Source: Narcine bancroftii
Lineage: Eukaryota
Length of the DNA stretch: 64,000 bases
Assembly: GCF_036971445.1 (NCBI RefSeq)
Contig: NC_091469.1
Coordinates: 226,982,001 to 227,046,000 of the forward strand
Direction of reading: 5' to 3'
Of the stretch, positions 52,077 through 64,000 are shown piece by piece. The position numbers and the translations under genes are program-made. The notes under the pieces are model-generated. The model worked only from the letters and a program-made list of their open reading frames with translations, did not search any database and was not told the origin of the DNA. Each line of letters opens with the position of its first letter. Position 1 is the stretch's first letter.

Positions 52077-52947
52077 TTTTAAATTTTTTTATTTTTCACA
52101 CCATAAACCACATTAACCATGATACATACTTTTTCCTTTTCAAATATATACAGTGCCATTTTCTCCCCCCCCCTCCTCCCATCCCACCCTCCCTACCTCC
52201 CCCCTCCCATCCATTTAAAGTACAAAATCTAGGATACATTAAACCAGTCAAACAATGTCAATAAAAATAAACAAGAAATTCCACTGAGTCAATTCTTTTC
52301 ATTTCCTTCTCCTTTCGTTAATTTAGGTAGTGAATGTCCCCGGTAGGTTTTCGCTACTGTGTTTCATGTAAGGCTCCTATATTTGTTCAAATATTTCAAT
52401 ATTATTTCTTAAACTATATGTTATTTTTTTCTAATGGAATACATTTATTCATTTCTATATACCATTGTTGTATTTTCAAATTATCTTCCGATTTCCAGGT
52501 TGACATAATACATTTTTTGCTACGGCTGGAGCTATCTTAACAAATCTTTTTTGTACATCATCCAAATCAATTCCAAATTCTTTGTTTTTTATGTTACTTA
52601 GGAGGAAGATCTCTGGATTCTTTGGTATATTGTTTTCTGTAATTTTATTTAACATTTGGTTTAGATCTTCCCAAAATTTTTCTACTTTCTCACATGTCCA
52701 GATTGCATGAATTGTTGTTCCCATTTCTTTTTTACATCGAAAACATCTATCAGATACTGTTGGGTCCCATTTATTTAACTTTTGAGGTGTAATGTATAGC
52801 CTGTGTATCCAGTTATATTGTATCATACGTAACCTCGTATTTATTGTATTTCTCATCGTTCCAGAACATAACTTCTCCCATGTTTCCTTTTTTATCTTTA
52901 TATTTAAATCTTGTTCCCATTTTTGTTTAGTTTTACCATTTGTTTCC
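52077..52947 (-). mobile_element. L1-like 3' fragment, young
   Basis: Long open frame KQKWEQDL...HRLYITPQKL...CFRCKKEMGTTIHAIWTC; TSD TCAGTGCTT (52068-52076, 52948-52956); poly-T tail. Confidence 0.9.
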
Positions 52948-53539
52948 TCAGTGCTTGACGCACTACTATTCAAATGGTACAGGATCATAACTAACAGATT
53001 TCTTCTCATATGGATCCTCTATCAAATTAGCCCTGGTATATTACTTTGGGTGTAATACCTAACCCAAAACTGCACGCATACATGACAACTTAGCACATTT
53101 GTGAGGGGCCATTGGATACTTCCCATGACAAGTATAAAAATAACATATAGATAACAGTATAACTGTCAAACTACAAATGCTCAATATCTGACAAGGAAGC
53201 AAAAAGCTGGAAAATTACAGCACATAATGCACCCATAAAGAGAATAGGGAAGTCATGGAATTGAGGGGGTGTAACTGATTTATAGGTAGAAGACATGTTT
53301 ATGATTGAAAAGTCATAGCCAAACATGGCTCTCTATAAATGCTGATCGTAATGTCTCTTTTGCCACATTTCCTGCTTTTATATTTGATTCAGGAAGGTGG
53401 CTTCCAAGATTAGAACCTATACATGTCACAAAGGAGTTTCCTGTGATGAGGTGAGCAGAAATAAGGATGATTCTGTTATAAAAGTCCATGTGGATCCCAA
53501 TCTAATAGAAAATAATAGAAGCAATATCTTTTAAAAAAG

Positions 53540-53790
53540 GATAATAGAAGATATGAATTAAGTTGCGGCAGTAGGAAAAGATCAGGGTAAGATTTAGCAG
53601 AGAGTGGTAGGTGTCTCGAATGGGCTGCAGGCATAGTGGTGGAAGCAGATCTGATAGCTGCATTCAAGAGGCTTTTAGGTAGCCATGAATCGAGGGATGT
53701 GAATCATGTGCAAGCTGCAGAGATTTAGTTCAGTTTGGTATTGTGTTCAGCATTGAAGGGGCCTGTTCCTGTGCTACACTTGCCCATGTT
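53540..53790 (+). mobile_element. CR1-like 3' fragment
   Basis: cagagagtggtaggtg...gtggtggaagcaga...gaaggggcctgttcctgtgct. Confidence 0.7.
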
Positions 53791-54434
53791 CTTTCGCTGG
53801 AAATGCAGGTCAGGCAGCCTCTGTTTCAGGTCAGAGCAAGAAAAATAGCTCAGTCAAGTTTGCAGACCTGCAATGGAACCAGCATCGACTTCAGCATTAA
53901 TTGAAAATTTTCCAAAAAAAACTGCAATTGCTGGCAAAATCAGAACAATAATGGAAACACTCAACAAGTTTGGCAACAGCTGCGCAAAGAGAAGGGGAAT
54001 GAATGTTTCCGATCTGAGATCCGTCGTCATGATTCAGGTGTCCCTTCTGATAAAAGGTCTTCCACCTGAAGCAGCCGTTTCACAAATGCTTCCCAATCTG
54101 TTGAGTGTTCCCAGCATCTGCAGGTTTTGATTCCCATCAACTCTACAGGTACACTTTACTTTGAGTAATAAATCACATTAAAATGAGAATGCTGGTGCTA
54201 TCTGCTGTTCAGATTGCCACACTGTCTTTCATATTTTGAATCTAGGTTTGAATTCAGTTCAATCTATCTGGAAGGGAGGCTCCCTGATGACCAGAGTTGA
54301 TTGAATTGTTATTGGCTGAATAAACTGACTACTTGCACTTATTGAAATTATATATAAAATTAACTTTTGCAGTGACTAAAAATATAATTGGAAACACAAG
54401 AGAGACAACAGATGCTGGAATCGGGAGCAAAACA

Positions 54435-54625
54435 AAAACTGCAAGAACTCGGCAAGCCATAAAGATGTTACATATGGATTAAAAAAAAACAGTTAGGCAA
54501 GTGTATAGATGTTACGTATGGATAAAAAAAAACCAGGCAAGTGTAATCCAAGTAAAAACTGCAAGAACTCAGCAAGCCATAAAGATGTTAGGTATGGATT
54601 AAAAAAAACAGTTAGCCGAGAGTAA
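54435..54625. repeat. Local tandem duplication (~120-bp period) at a Penelope terminal stub
   Basis: aaaaactgcaagaactcrgcaagccataaagatgtta...tatggattaaaaaaaa..cagttag occurs twice, with a partial third unit between. Confidence 0.75.
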
Positions 54626-54961
54626 TTCTGAGATTAGATAAATATTATTCATTCTGGGAAGCTTTTCCCGTTTTGTGCCCACTAATAACTTTCACAGGAG
54701 AGCCTGATACTGAAGCATCTTTATCCTTATCTGCATGAATTTATTAAGTAACGAAGAATTGAAAGTAACGAGAAGTGACGCAAAAAATGTAATTTTGTTC
54801 ACTGGACCATCAAAAATCATCCCCTGTTCAATGGCCCTGTTCAAGTGAAGAGGAAATTCAACCAAATTATTCTAACATCCAGAATTTTCTATTATTTATT
54901 GTCATGAGCATTTTATAAATGGCATTACAAAATATCCCCACTTGAGACAGAAATATCCCTT

Positions 54962-57900
54962 TTTGAATATTTTATTTATGATTTTCTAGTCTTGAACTTC
55001 AAGTTATCAATATTTATCAGCATCAATCTTGATATGGTCAGCATTAACAACAATTTACAATTTTCCATATTATACAGTTTCCATAGAGTTCAAGTTCTTT
55101 TTATCTCCCTTCAGCCCTGTAGCGCTTCGAATGACTCAAAGACTTGTTGACTCAAACCAAGGCTTTTATTAACATAGTACATCGAGGTCGACCAGTCCAG
55201 TCCAGTAGGCGTGGCTACAGCTCTCAGCCAATCACTACTACTATATGTAAATATATACAAATATAGACATTGGTGATAGTATCCTGTACTATCACAAGCC
55301 CCAACCCCCATATTCAACACTGGACGTTTAAGTAACCACAAATACACAGGACACTAAAGACATTCACAACAAAGGGACAAAAAATATGTCAGCATTTTGT
55401 GGGTTTGTCATGGCACAGCAGTCAGAGCGCAGGCTATTTTCATTTTCCTGACTTTACATGGTTGGGACGAGTTGGACCCCCCATGCCCCCCCATGCCCCC
55501 CCCCCCCAAGCAGTGGAGGGGTGGGCAGGCAAGGCAGAATGGAATGGCAAGACCTAATGGTCTACGTATAGTCGTGCTCCCACAAAATATAAATATGGTT
55601 GGCAAATTTTTTTGAAAGTGTCGTATTTTTTCCTTAAGCTATAAGTGATTTTCTCCAGGGGAACATAGCTTTGCATTTCCATGTTCCAGCGCGTAATGCT
55701 CAGGTAGGAGTTGGATTTCCAGGGAAATGCAATCATCACAAATTGGATTTGGAATTTGGACAGCTTCATTGTAAGTCTTATGTCCATCATATTTCCCAAC
55801 AGGAACAACTCAGGGTCCTGCGGGAATTCTTTACCTATGATTTTCCTTAGGGCTTGGCCTAGCTCTACCTAAAAGGGCCTCACCTTGCTACATGTCCAGG
55901 TTGTGTGCACAAAGGTTTCTGTCTTGATGCCGCATCTAAAACATTGATCTGATCATTCTGATTTTGATTTGTTCAATTTTTGCAGCGCCAGGTACAGCAA
56001 CTACCTGGTTGTAGTCATGCTGGTCTGGCACAGGTCGGACCAGCACTGCTCATTAATCATTATTCCTAAGTCTGACTCCCATCTCTGTCTCAATTTATGA
56101 AGGCCTGGCTCGGGTCCTTCTGCCTGGAACAAGAAATGCATTGCCAAGATGAACTTCTGAGCATTTCCCCTTCGAATCATGGCCTCTATGCCATTGCAGT
56201 TTGGTGGGGCCATGGTTGGACCTAATTTGTCCTATAAGAAAGATCTTATCTGAAGGTAACAGTGGAATGTCTTGTTTGATTAAACCATACTTACGTCTGA
56301 GTTGTTTGAATGACGTAAGTTACCCCTGCTCGCAACAGTCCTCTATGCACCAAATGCCATTCCGACACCAGGAGTCCTGGATCTTATTATCTACTGTTAA
56401 TGGTATTAATCTGTTCAGAGTCAGGGGTGTTTTTGGGGACAGCCCCACTTTGATACCTTAATATTGGTTAATTTTATTTTAAATGGTAATAACTTGTTTT
56501 AAAATAGGGCTGCCTGCTTTTCCAGTTAACAATTTAGTATTCCATTTATAAATAAAGTCCTCTGCCACCTTCTCTCCAACCATGTGCAAGCCAATTTATG
56601 CCCAGGATGGTACATCTCCTGTCTTGAAAAGTGAGGTGATGTATCTTGACTGGGCTGTCCAATAATATTTTTTGGTCTGGCATTTGTAATCCGTCCAGAC
56701 TATTATTCCATATGGATCCTGGCCAGCTTTTCATTGCATAGGAACATTCTTGCCTGTGAGAACAAATTTTGTAAGAATTCCTGGGGCAAGATTCTGGGAG
56801 GATATGGGTCTCCATTGCCTGATTCACTACCTCCATATAGAGGAGTATCAGTAAATCTTTAAATTCCTTATAGAACTCAGGAGGAAACCCATCCTCCCCT
56901 GGAGACTTGTTAGTCTGCAGTGAGTTTAATGCTTTCCCTATTTCTTCCTCTGTGAAAGGAAGATCTAGGCTACCCTGTTCTTCTGGATCCAAATTTGGAA
57001 GCTCTATTTTGGACAGGAACACATTAATTTTATCATTCCCCACCCCCCCCATTAATTATGATTTGTATAAACACTCATAATATTCCCTGAAGGTCTCATT
57101 AATCTCCTTTAATTTAAATGTGGTCATGCCATTCCCAGTTTGTGTTGCATTGATCGCCCTTGAGGCCTGTTCTGTCCTCAACTGCCAAGAGAGGATTTTA
57201 TGGGCTCTCTCCCCCAATTAATAGTATTTCTATTTTGACCTTTTCCATATTATAAGTTTGAAGCGTATTGTATTTCATCTTCTTGTTTGCTAGAGCCCTG
57301 TAGTGGTCCTCTGAGCCTTATTTCTGATACTCCTTTTCTAAGTGGGTAATTTCTTGCTCCAATTCACCCACCTCCTTCATATATTCTTTCTTCACTGTCT
57401 TGGTGTATCCAATTATATGGCCTCTCAAGTATGTTTTGAGGGTATCCCATAGGAGGAATTTATCTGGAGAAGAGGAACAGTTGGCCTCACTGAATATGTC
57501 TATCTGTGTTCTTATAATGCAACAAAATTCCAACTTCTTTAACAGCAACATATTAAGACACCATCTGTATGTCATATCCTGCTTATCTGGCATTTCTATT
57601 GTGAGTGTCAGGGGTGAATGATCTGAGAGAAGTCTCACTGTGTATTCAACTTCCATGATCCTACCCTCAATATGGCCTGAAGCCAGAAAAAAGTCAATTC
57701 TAGAATAGGAGTCATGCTGTTTCGAGTAGAAGGAATAATCCCTCTCCATTGGATATCTCTGCCTCCACACATCTATCAAATTCAGCTCCTTCATATAGCC
57801 AATGGTAGCTTTCACCCATTTTGTTTTAGTTATTTTTCTTGTTGACCTATCTTGGACGGGGTCCAGAAAAAAATAAAATCTCCCCCAATCAGAATGTTCT

Positions 57901-60182
57901 CCTTTCCTTCTGCCAATCTTAGGAAAGTGCTCTGTGTGAACTTTACATCATCAAAATTAGGGGTGTATACATTTAATAGGGTCCAGGATTTGAATATATC
58001 TGACGAATGTTCCCGTTTTGTCTGTGGTCATATTCTGCACTCTCACTGGAACACTCTTCCTTATCAATATTGCCACAACCCCCCCCCCCCCCCCCCTTGC
58101 ATGTGAACTGAATGAAGCTTTTGCTTTTAGCTTTTGGTGTTCCTGCTCTATTAAATATGTTTCCTGGAGGAAGGCCAGATCTATTCACTTTTTTTTAATA
58201 TGTGCTAAGACTCGTTTCCTCTTTATTTTTGTGTTCAAACCATTAATGTTAAAACTAACATATTTTATGTTCTTGATCATTGCCCCAGAGACCTTCAAAT
58301 CCATGTTCTCTCCATGTCTCCATCCTCACCCAACCTTATTCATCCAATCGTCAACTCCAGCCAGCCGGGCCCACAACAAACCCTGAGAAGATAAAACAGA
58401 GACCAGGGCCATATGTCCCAGAAGGGTAAGTAAAAAAAAAAGGAAGGTTTGACAAAAGGAAAGAAAAGAAAAAACAAACAAAGACCACATAAAATATGAC
58501 ATCAAACTTTAACCCCTTACCTATATACTTTCCTCCTCCACTTCTAATTCCCTTTAACCCTTCCTCCTCCAACCTCTGGTGACTCTACCCCAAATATCAT
58601 CACCATCTCCCTTATTTCTAAAGGTTGTGTGTTTTGGTCCTCTCTATCTCCTACTGCTCTCCACCCCTACCCCCCTCTCAGACCATTTCCTTTTCAAAAA
58701 TTCTTTCTATACCATATTTACAACTCTGACTGTTAATTCTACTGTTACTCTCTTAATATATAGTTATTTTCAACAATATATTCTTGTGAACATGAAAAAT
58801 CCTAACACTGATCGATGGCGCCACCGCCATATATATAATTTCTGACAGACCAGCAGCCGCTTCACGAATTTCCGGGCTTCTTTGGCCTCCAACAAACATT
58901 TTCTATCATTTCCTGGAATTATGAATTTTCGGGTTGATGGGTACCTGAGGACACATTTGTGCCCTTTCTATTTCACCATCATTTTTATTGGTTCAAATTA
59001 TTTTCTCTGCTTGAGGAGGGTCGTGCTTTTATCTGAGTAGAATAGAATCTTTTTCTGCTCCAACTCCATTGCTTTTGCCCTGACTGCCGCTGTCCTTAAA
59101 ATCTTCTCACGATCCTGCTGATGCAGGAACTTCACCAAGACCAAGCGTGGTCTCTGACCGGTGTCCAGGCATGGGAAGGGGGTCTGATGGGCTCTACCAG
59201 GTCCCCCAGGACCTCTGGGAGCCAATGCTGGAAAAAAACCCATAGGATCACTCCCATCCCAATCTTCTGGCAGCCACACAATTTTGTTAGGATCCCTCCA
59301 GCTGTGATTTTCCAGGGTGTCAATCCTCTGTCAGAGGCGTCCCCTCTCTGTCTCTCATGTGGCAAACTTGGTCTCTAATTTATTAATTCTGTCCTCATTA
59401 TGGCCAGTTCTATCCTCCAGTTCAGAAACCCTTCCTGATAATCCAGTTAGGGCATTCTCCCATTTATCCATATTGTTCTGGAGTCTTTTCTTTTAAATCC
59501 TTGGCCAGCCTTTTTCCCATTCCCAAAATAGCCTGCAGGATGTCTTGCAGTGAGGTCTCCGTCGACACTGCTGCAGTGAGTCCCAGGTCCTCCCTGGGTT
59601 TCTCCTTCCAGGCTGTTATCTGCCTCTTGCTCACTGCCAGATTAGAGCCATCCCCTGATGCAGGACAGAGGTCTCCCACGTCCCCAGGTAAGTCTTTCTT
59701 GCCGCCCATTGTATTGAGCTCCCGGGCGCACTTCCTCCATTGCCTTCAGGGGGGAGGGATGCGAGATGCGCTGTGCTCCAGAGCTCAGTTTTCACCGTGG
59801 GCCCATCATCTCCTGATGCTCAGATAGGGTCCATACCGTCTGTCGCCCTGGGGTCGGACTCGCCTCCCACTGGCGAATTGGGCGAGCCTCTCTTGTCCTT
59901 GACGGGTCGAGCCTCCATCGTCAGGGCTTCCCAAGCGTCGGGCCTGGAGCTGTGAATATCATCTTGGTTTCCATGAGGCTGGCTCATTTGGGTGGCGAAT
60001 GTTCCTCCCCCCTTGGTGACTATCTTTCCTTGATTGAAGCTCTTCTTTCCCATTGCAACAAGGTAGGGACTTTTATTTAAACGTTTTTGTCATTTTGTTA
60101 AAATTTCTTTGACTTTTCCGCTCTGGTCGGAGAGCTCAGGGGGTCGGCAACCTACTACTGGCTCCTCGACACGTGACCTCTC
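54962..60182 (-). mobile_element. End-to-end L1-like LINE (5' UTR, ORF1, ORF2 with RT core deleted, 3' UTR)
   Basis: TSD cagaaatat(c/t)cctt at 54948-54961 and 60186-60199; 5' end gagaggtcacgtg; ORF1 RPRLVLVKFLHQQDREKIL; APE LIDVWR, YSRIDFF, LSDHSP; KSPGEDGFPPEFYK then a jump to post-RT sequence at ~56790. Confidence 0.9.
55118..55296 (-). mobile_element. Short solo LTR with 5-bp TSD in the L1 3' UTR
   Basis: TGTAGCG...TATCACA, perfect TSD AGCCC (55113-55117, 55297-55301), minus-strand TAATAAAAGCC. Confidence 0.85.
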
Positions 60183-61221
60183 AGGCAGAAATATTCCTTG
60201 CCCTTAAAAATCTAACTCCACATTTAAATTTGGGTTCTTGGATAGGGCATTAAATATATGGACCCAGTAATCAATGCTTAGGAGATTTTTTGGTTAACAA
60301 TTTAAGTCAAGTTTACGGTGGATGAGATTACACTGGAGTTCAGAAGAATTTAGCTTCAGCATGGGACTCAGATACTGGAGGATGATAGGGAAGTCTGCCC
60401 TCGGAGGAGAGATAAGATTCACAGGAGGCCTGGTGGATTCACATCGGTTTCAGAGGAGCAACGGCTGTTCCTCCAGGCCTGCAAGAAGCTTCACACAAGT
60501 TTTAAATAATGTCAATCGCCTGGCCGCTTTGTTAGCAAGATTCCCAGTGTTTCTATACAAAGAAACACTGCTTATCTTTATTCATTGTTTCTTTGAGTAC
60601 CTGCAGCAGTCTGCGTCGGAAGAGAGCCAGACATTCAGGGTTATCGGCTCATGATCAGGTTTTACTGATCCCCAACAGTGGATCTCTGAACATGCAAACG
60701 AAAAGAGAAATCATCTCCTCCATTGGTTACTCCAGAGATTTAACAAATGTGGTGTCTTGGTTTTTATGGATCTATACTGCTGACAGCATTTCATTTTTCC
60801 ATTTGATACTCTCTGAAATTAAAACTGAATCTATGTTACAGATATTCTTCATCTGGCATTCCTTTATGATTCTTTTGTGTGAACAATGAGGCCCATGTGC
60901 TTTTACATTCAACATAAAATGGCTAATCATTTTATTTTGAGGTTTTTTATAATTTTGGAACAGCTATTGGTATTGGTTTTACCTATTGCACTTTCTCCAT
61001 CTATCTTCTAAAGGATGCACTTTGCTACAAAATGGGGCAGAATTACTACACCATGGCATTTATCAATGTCTACTGTTAGTTTACATCAGCATGTTTCAGT
61101 TCAAAAGTAAGCCGCTGCTCACAAACTTGCTGGAGGGACTGTTGCATTGAGGGAATCAGTTTATTTGGAAACTGAATTTGATAAGTGGAGGACAACCCCT
61201 TCACCAATATTTAAGGATTAA

Positions 61222-61385
61222 TATAACCATATAACAATTACAGCATGGAAACAGGCCATCTCGACCCTTCTAGTCCACACCAAACCAAGTACTCTCCTTT
61301 AGTCCCACCTACCTGCACCCTGCCCATAACCCTCCATTCCCCACCCATCCATATACCTATCCAATTTTTCTGTAAATGACAAAAT
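61222..61385 (-). mobile_element. CR1-like 3' tail
   Basis: ataaccatataacaattacagcatggaaacaggccatc...ccataaccctccattcccc. Confidence 0.7.
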
Positions 61386-61636
61386 GGACTGTTGGACTTC
61401 TCAAAGTATGTTACAATGTCAAATTAAGTACTGGAAGAAAAATTAAAGGCAAAGAAAGACTGAACTGTAGGGAATGATAATAAAAATGAAAGTTAAGTTT
61501 AAAGAATCTAACTATTGCTATTTTAAAATGATCTTTAAACAAAGTGCATTTTCAAGAAATATGACCTCATTTATCTCTTTTGCAGTGCTCAAGTGTTTGA
61601 TTGGATTTTTTAAAAATCCTATTACACTGTTTCTAT

Positions 61637-61947
61637 CAGTGGTTCTCAATCTTTTTCTTTCCAATCACTCTGTGATTTGTAAGGATTTGCTTAAGGTGGT
61701 GTGTGAATGCGAAGGGAATTATTACTTAAATATTTTGCTTGAGAAAAATTGTCATTGGCCCATTTCCTTTGGAGTTAGGAAACTGTGCACAAAACGAGTC
61801 ATTTAGGTACGATTAAAACAGTGGTTTTCAAACTTCTTCTCCCCACCCACATACCACCTAAACTAATCATTTACTAATCACAGAGCACCTATAACATAGG
61901 GAATACTTAAAGTATGTGAGTGGAAAGAAAAAGGTTGAAAACCACTG
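61637..61947. mobile_element. Composite hAT-type MITE, copy 3 (opposite orientation, small deletions)
   Basis: CAGTGGTTCTCAA...GGTTGAAAACCACTG; TSD gtttctat/gtttatat; spacer is the reverse complement of 36815-36900. Confidence 0.85.
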
Positions 61948-62199
61948 GTTTATATGCTTCTTATGTTTGTAATTATTAGTTGTGCATTTAGCTTAACTAC
62001 CTTTGAAATGGATGAACCACAACATTAAAAGCTTAAATGATGCAGACACCAATGTATAATTTTCAGTGCAAAAGAAACTTAAACAGCATCTGCTGAATAT
62101 CAACATGGATCTGTGCATCTGCTCCTCACCATTTATGCTCAAGTAACTATGCCATTGTTGCCAACATGTGTTGCCCAAGGTACAGCACTTTAAAATGTT

Positions 62200-62420
62200 T
62201 ATTTTGTTAATTTAGACATACATCACAGACAGGCCGTTTCGGCCCACAAGCCCGTGCCTCCCAATGAACCTACACCCCTGCTATATTTCAACTGGAGCCC
62301 CAGGGTAAAACCCATGCAGACACAGGGAGAATGTACAAACGTCTTACAGAGATGGCAGGATTTGAACCCCGGTCCCGATCGCTGGTTTCGTAACAGCTAC
62401 ACTAACTGTACCACCCTGAC
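62200..62420 (-). mobile_element. V-SINE
   Basis: aaacccatgcagacacagggagaatgtacaaac and ggatttgaaccc. Confidence 0.8.
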
Positions 62421-62839
62421 AGCCAGTCATGATGAAGGCTTGGGTATTATGGTCCTTAATCTTTTTTGGTGGAAGATGATTTTAAGTGAAAATGTTAGCT
62501 TGGGTGGGGGGGGGGGGGGGGGGTGGGGGGGGTGGGGGGGGTGGGGCCCGATCATGGTAGTGAAACTGAAAGACTCTCAGAACAAGGCACAGGGGAAATT
62601 GCAAATTTTGGACCAAGTAAATGAATTAGAACAAATATGAGAGAAACTCAGCAGAAGTAAGTGGGATTGTGCTACACAGATCTAGAAAGATTGCAAAAGT
62701 TGGAGGGAATAAATGTTGCACATTTTCCTCCACGTGGCATAGCCCCACTCCAACGTACCAGCAATGTCATCATCGAGCAATGGGCCAACCGTTACGTTTT
62801 ACAACCCCGCACTACAAGGTCAGTGAAACTTTCTTTTCA

Positions 62840-63170
62840 GCAGACAAAGAACTGGAGGCACTCAACAGATCAGGCAGCATCCATGGGTAGAAAGGGTCAG
62901 TCAGTATTTCAGGTTTGGACCCTTTGTCAAAACTGAAAGGAAGGGTGTGATATTGCGTATATGAAGAAGCTGGAGGAGGGGACCCCTCAAGTGATAGGGC
63001 AAAAGGAGTAGGAGGTGAAGAGAGGAAGAAACCATTTGGAAGAAAGGATAGAGAGAGAAGGAAGGAGTAAAACAAAGAAGGAAATAGTGGAACCAGATAG
63101 AGATGAGGGTTACCTAAAATTAGAAAAATCTATGCTCATACTCTTATTCATCCTGGTCATCCCTTTGGGG
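62840..63170 (-). mobile_element. Penelope-like terminal fragment
   Basis: ctggaggcactcaacagatcaggcagcatc, purine-rich tract, ttacctaaaattagaaaaatc. Confidence 0.65.
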
Positions 63171-63179
63171 TTTTTCATT

Positions 63180-63236
63180 ATTGCGTGCTGAATAACGAGA
63201 CGTCGACAGATAAGGTGAACCAAACAAATTTACTGT

Positions 63237-63275
<39 letters not shown>

Positions 63276-64000
63276 GAGCCCGTAGCAAGGCTTCTGCTCC
63301 CTGCTAGTACTCAATTCAACTACTGCGCCCTCGTGGAGCTCGTGCATGCACACTGTGCTGTTGTGAGTACGGTGGCTGGAATATGATTGCAGTGGGGGCA
63401 CAGCAGCTGATGGCAGCAGCTGTCTACTTGCCCTTTCTTAAGCAACCCCCCACCTGCCACCACCACACATACCACAGTATGGGCCAATTTTAACATTTTA
63501 AACATTAACATTCCAATATCATACATCCAAGCCCGTTCAGTCCTGGTATTTTGGGATGGGTTTACAGATGCTACCAGTGCATGTCCTGCAACAGCCCTCT
63601 GTGGATGTGGAGGCTTGGGGTGCCTCATCCTGAGGGTCCATTGTCTCAGGGGTACTCTCCATTGTTACATTAGTGGTTGCCGGTGGATCCCTGCCGATCT
63701 CAGGGTTCCAAGTCTAGGAACACAGTCTCATAATGGGTTGGTTTGAGATAAGGGTGATGCCGTACCCGTGACAATGTGATGTCTGTTTCTTCTGTACACC
63801 CTCCCTTCTGAATGCACCAGGTATGACCTGGGTTCCTGGCAGCTCCTTTTGACTATGCCCTGTGGAGTCTCCATTCGTATGACCTGCTCTTCTGCTAATG
63901 GCTCAAGCAGTCGGCTTGTTCTGTCATAACATTTCTTTTGTGCCAGCTGGGTTTTGACTTCTTGCATGTTCCAGAAGCCTCCTTGCCACTGGTAGAGTCA
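63180..64000 (-). mobile_element. Mag-like Gypsy 3' end (integrase tail, PPT, 3' LTR); runs off the window
   Basis: QKKCYDR...PL...V...PRSYLVHSEGRVYRRNRHH integrase C-terminus; G-run PPT at 63446-63451; LTR-like ~63180-63443 with (GA)n and minus-strand AGTAAA. LTR limits approximate. Confidence 0.75.

Noticed and set aside
54435-54625. Repeat-spacer pattern resembling a CRISPR-like array
   Set aside because: Only two imperfect units without unique spacers, in vertebrate DNA; a simple local duplication.
56546-56790. Apparent foreign sequence replacing the L1 RT (novel-looking tail of the 168-aa ORF)
   Set aside because: Another frame reads LPQEFLQNLFSQARMFLCNEKLARI...YYWTAQ, ordinary post-RT L1 ORF2. 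It is a deletion junction, not a captured gene.
60322-60654. 110-aa ORF or possible exon in unique sequence
   Set aside because: No recognisable homology in any frame; a candidate minus-strand acceptor near 60480 leads to early stops in all frames.
62502-62547. Long G runs (also 332-348, 1305-1322, 9029-9047, 58079-58096) as G-quadruplex elements
   Set aside because: Most lie inside TE low-complexity tracts or PPTs, and homopolymer lengths are unreliable in assemblies.

Overview
Vertebrate non-coding DNA, most likely from a cartilaginous fish (ray or shark). This is inferred from the repeat repertoire: V-SINE/HE1-like SINEs, CR1/HER1-like, Rex1/Babar, RTE, L1-like and Penelope elements. I found no recognisable host exon. 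The window is a layered graveyard of transposable elements. It holds two Gypsy proviruses with tRNA-Trp primer-binding sites (PBS), one Mag-like Gypsy provirus plus the end of another, five solo LTRs, several L1-like LINEs (one end-to-end with a target-site duplication, TSD), Rex1, CR1, a young RTE with an open 3' ORF, Penelope fragments, SINEs and hAT/Tc-mariner MITEs. There is one 133-N gap (17133-17265). Three observations stand out. (1) The Mag-like provirus at 46233-48727 has no tRNA PBS; the 15 nt after its 5' LTR are the exact reverse complement of its own LTR poly(A)-signal region, the geometry of Tf1-type self-priming. (2) A composite hAT MITE made of two inverted mini-MITEs around a fixed spacer moves as one unit (3 copies). 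(3) Penelope termini carry minimal hammerhead-ribozyme-like motifs with a shared non-canonical core. Family assignments rest on motif recognition by eye, not database searches. Boundaries without a TSD are approximate.
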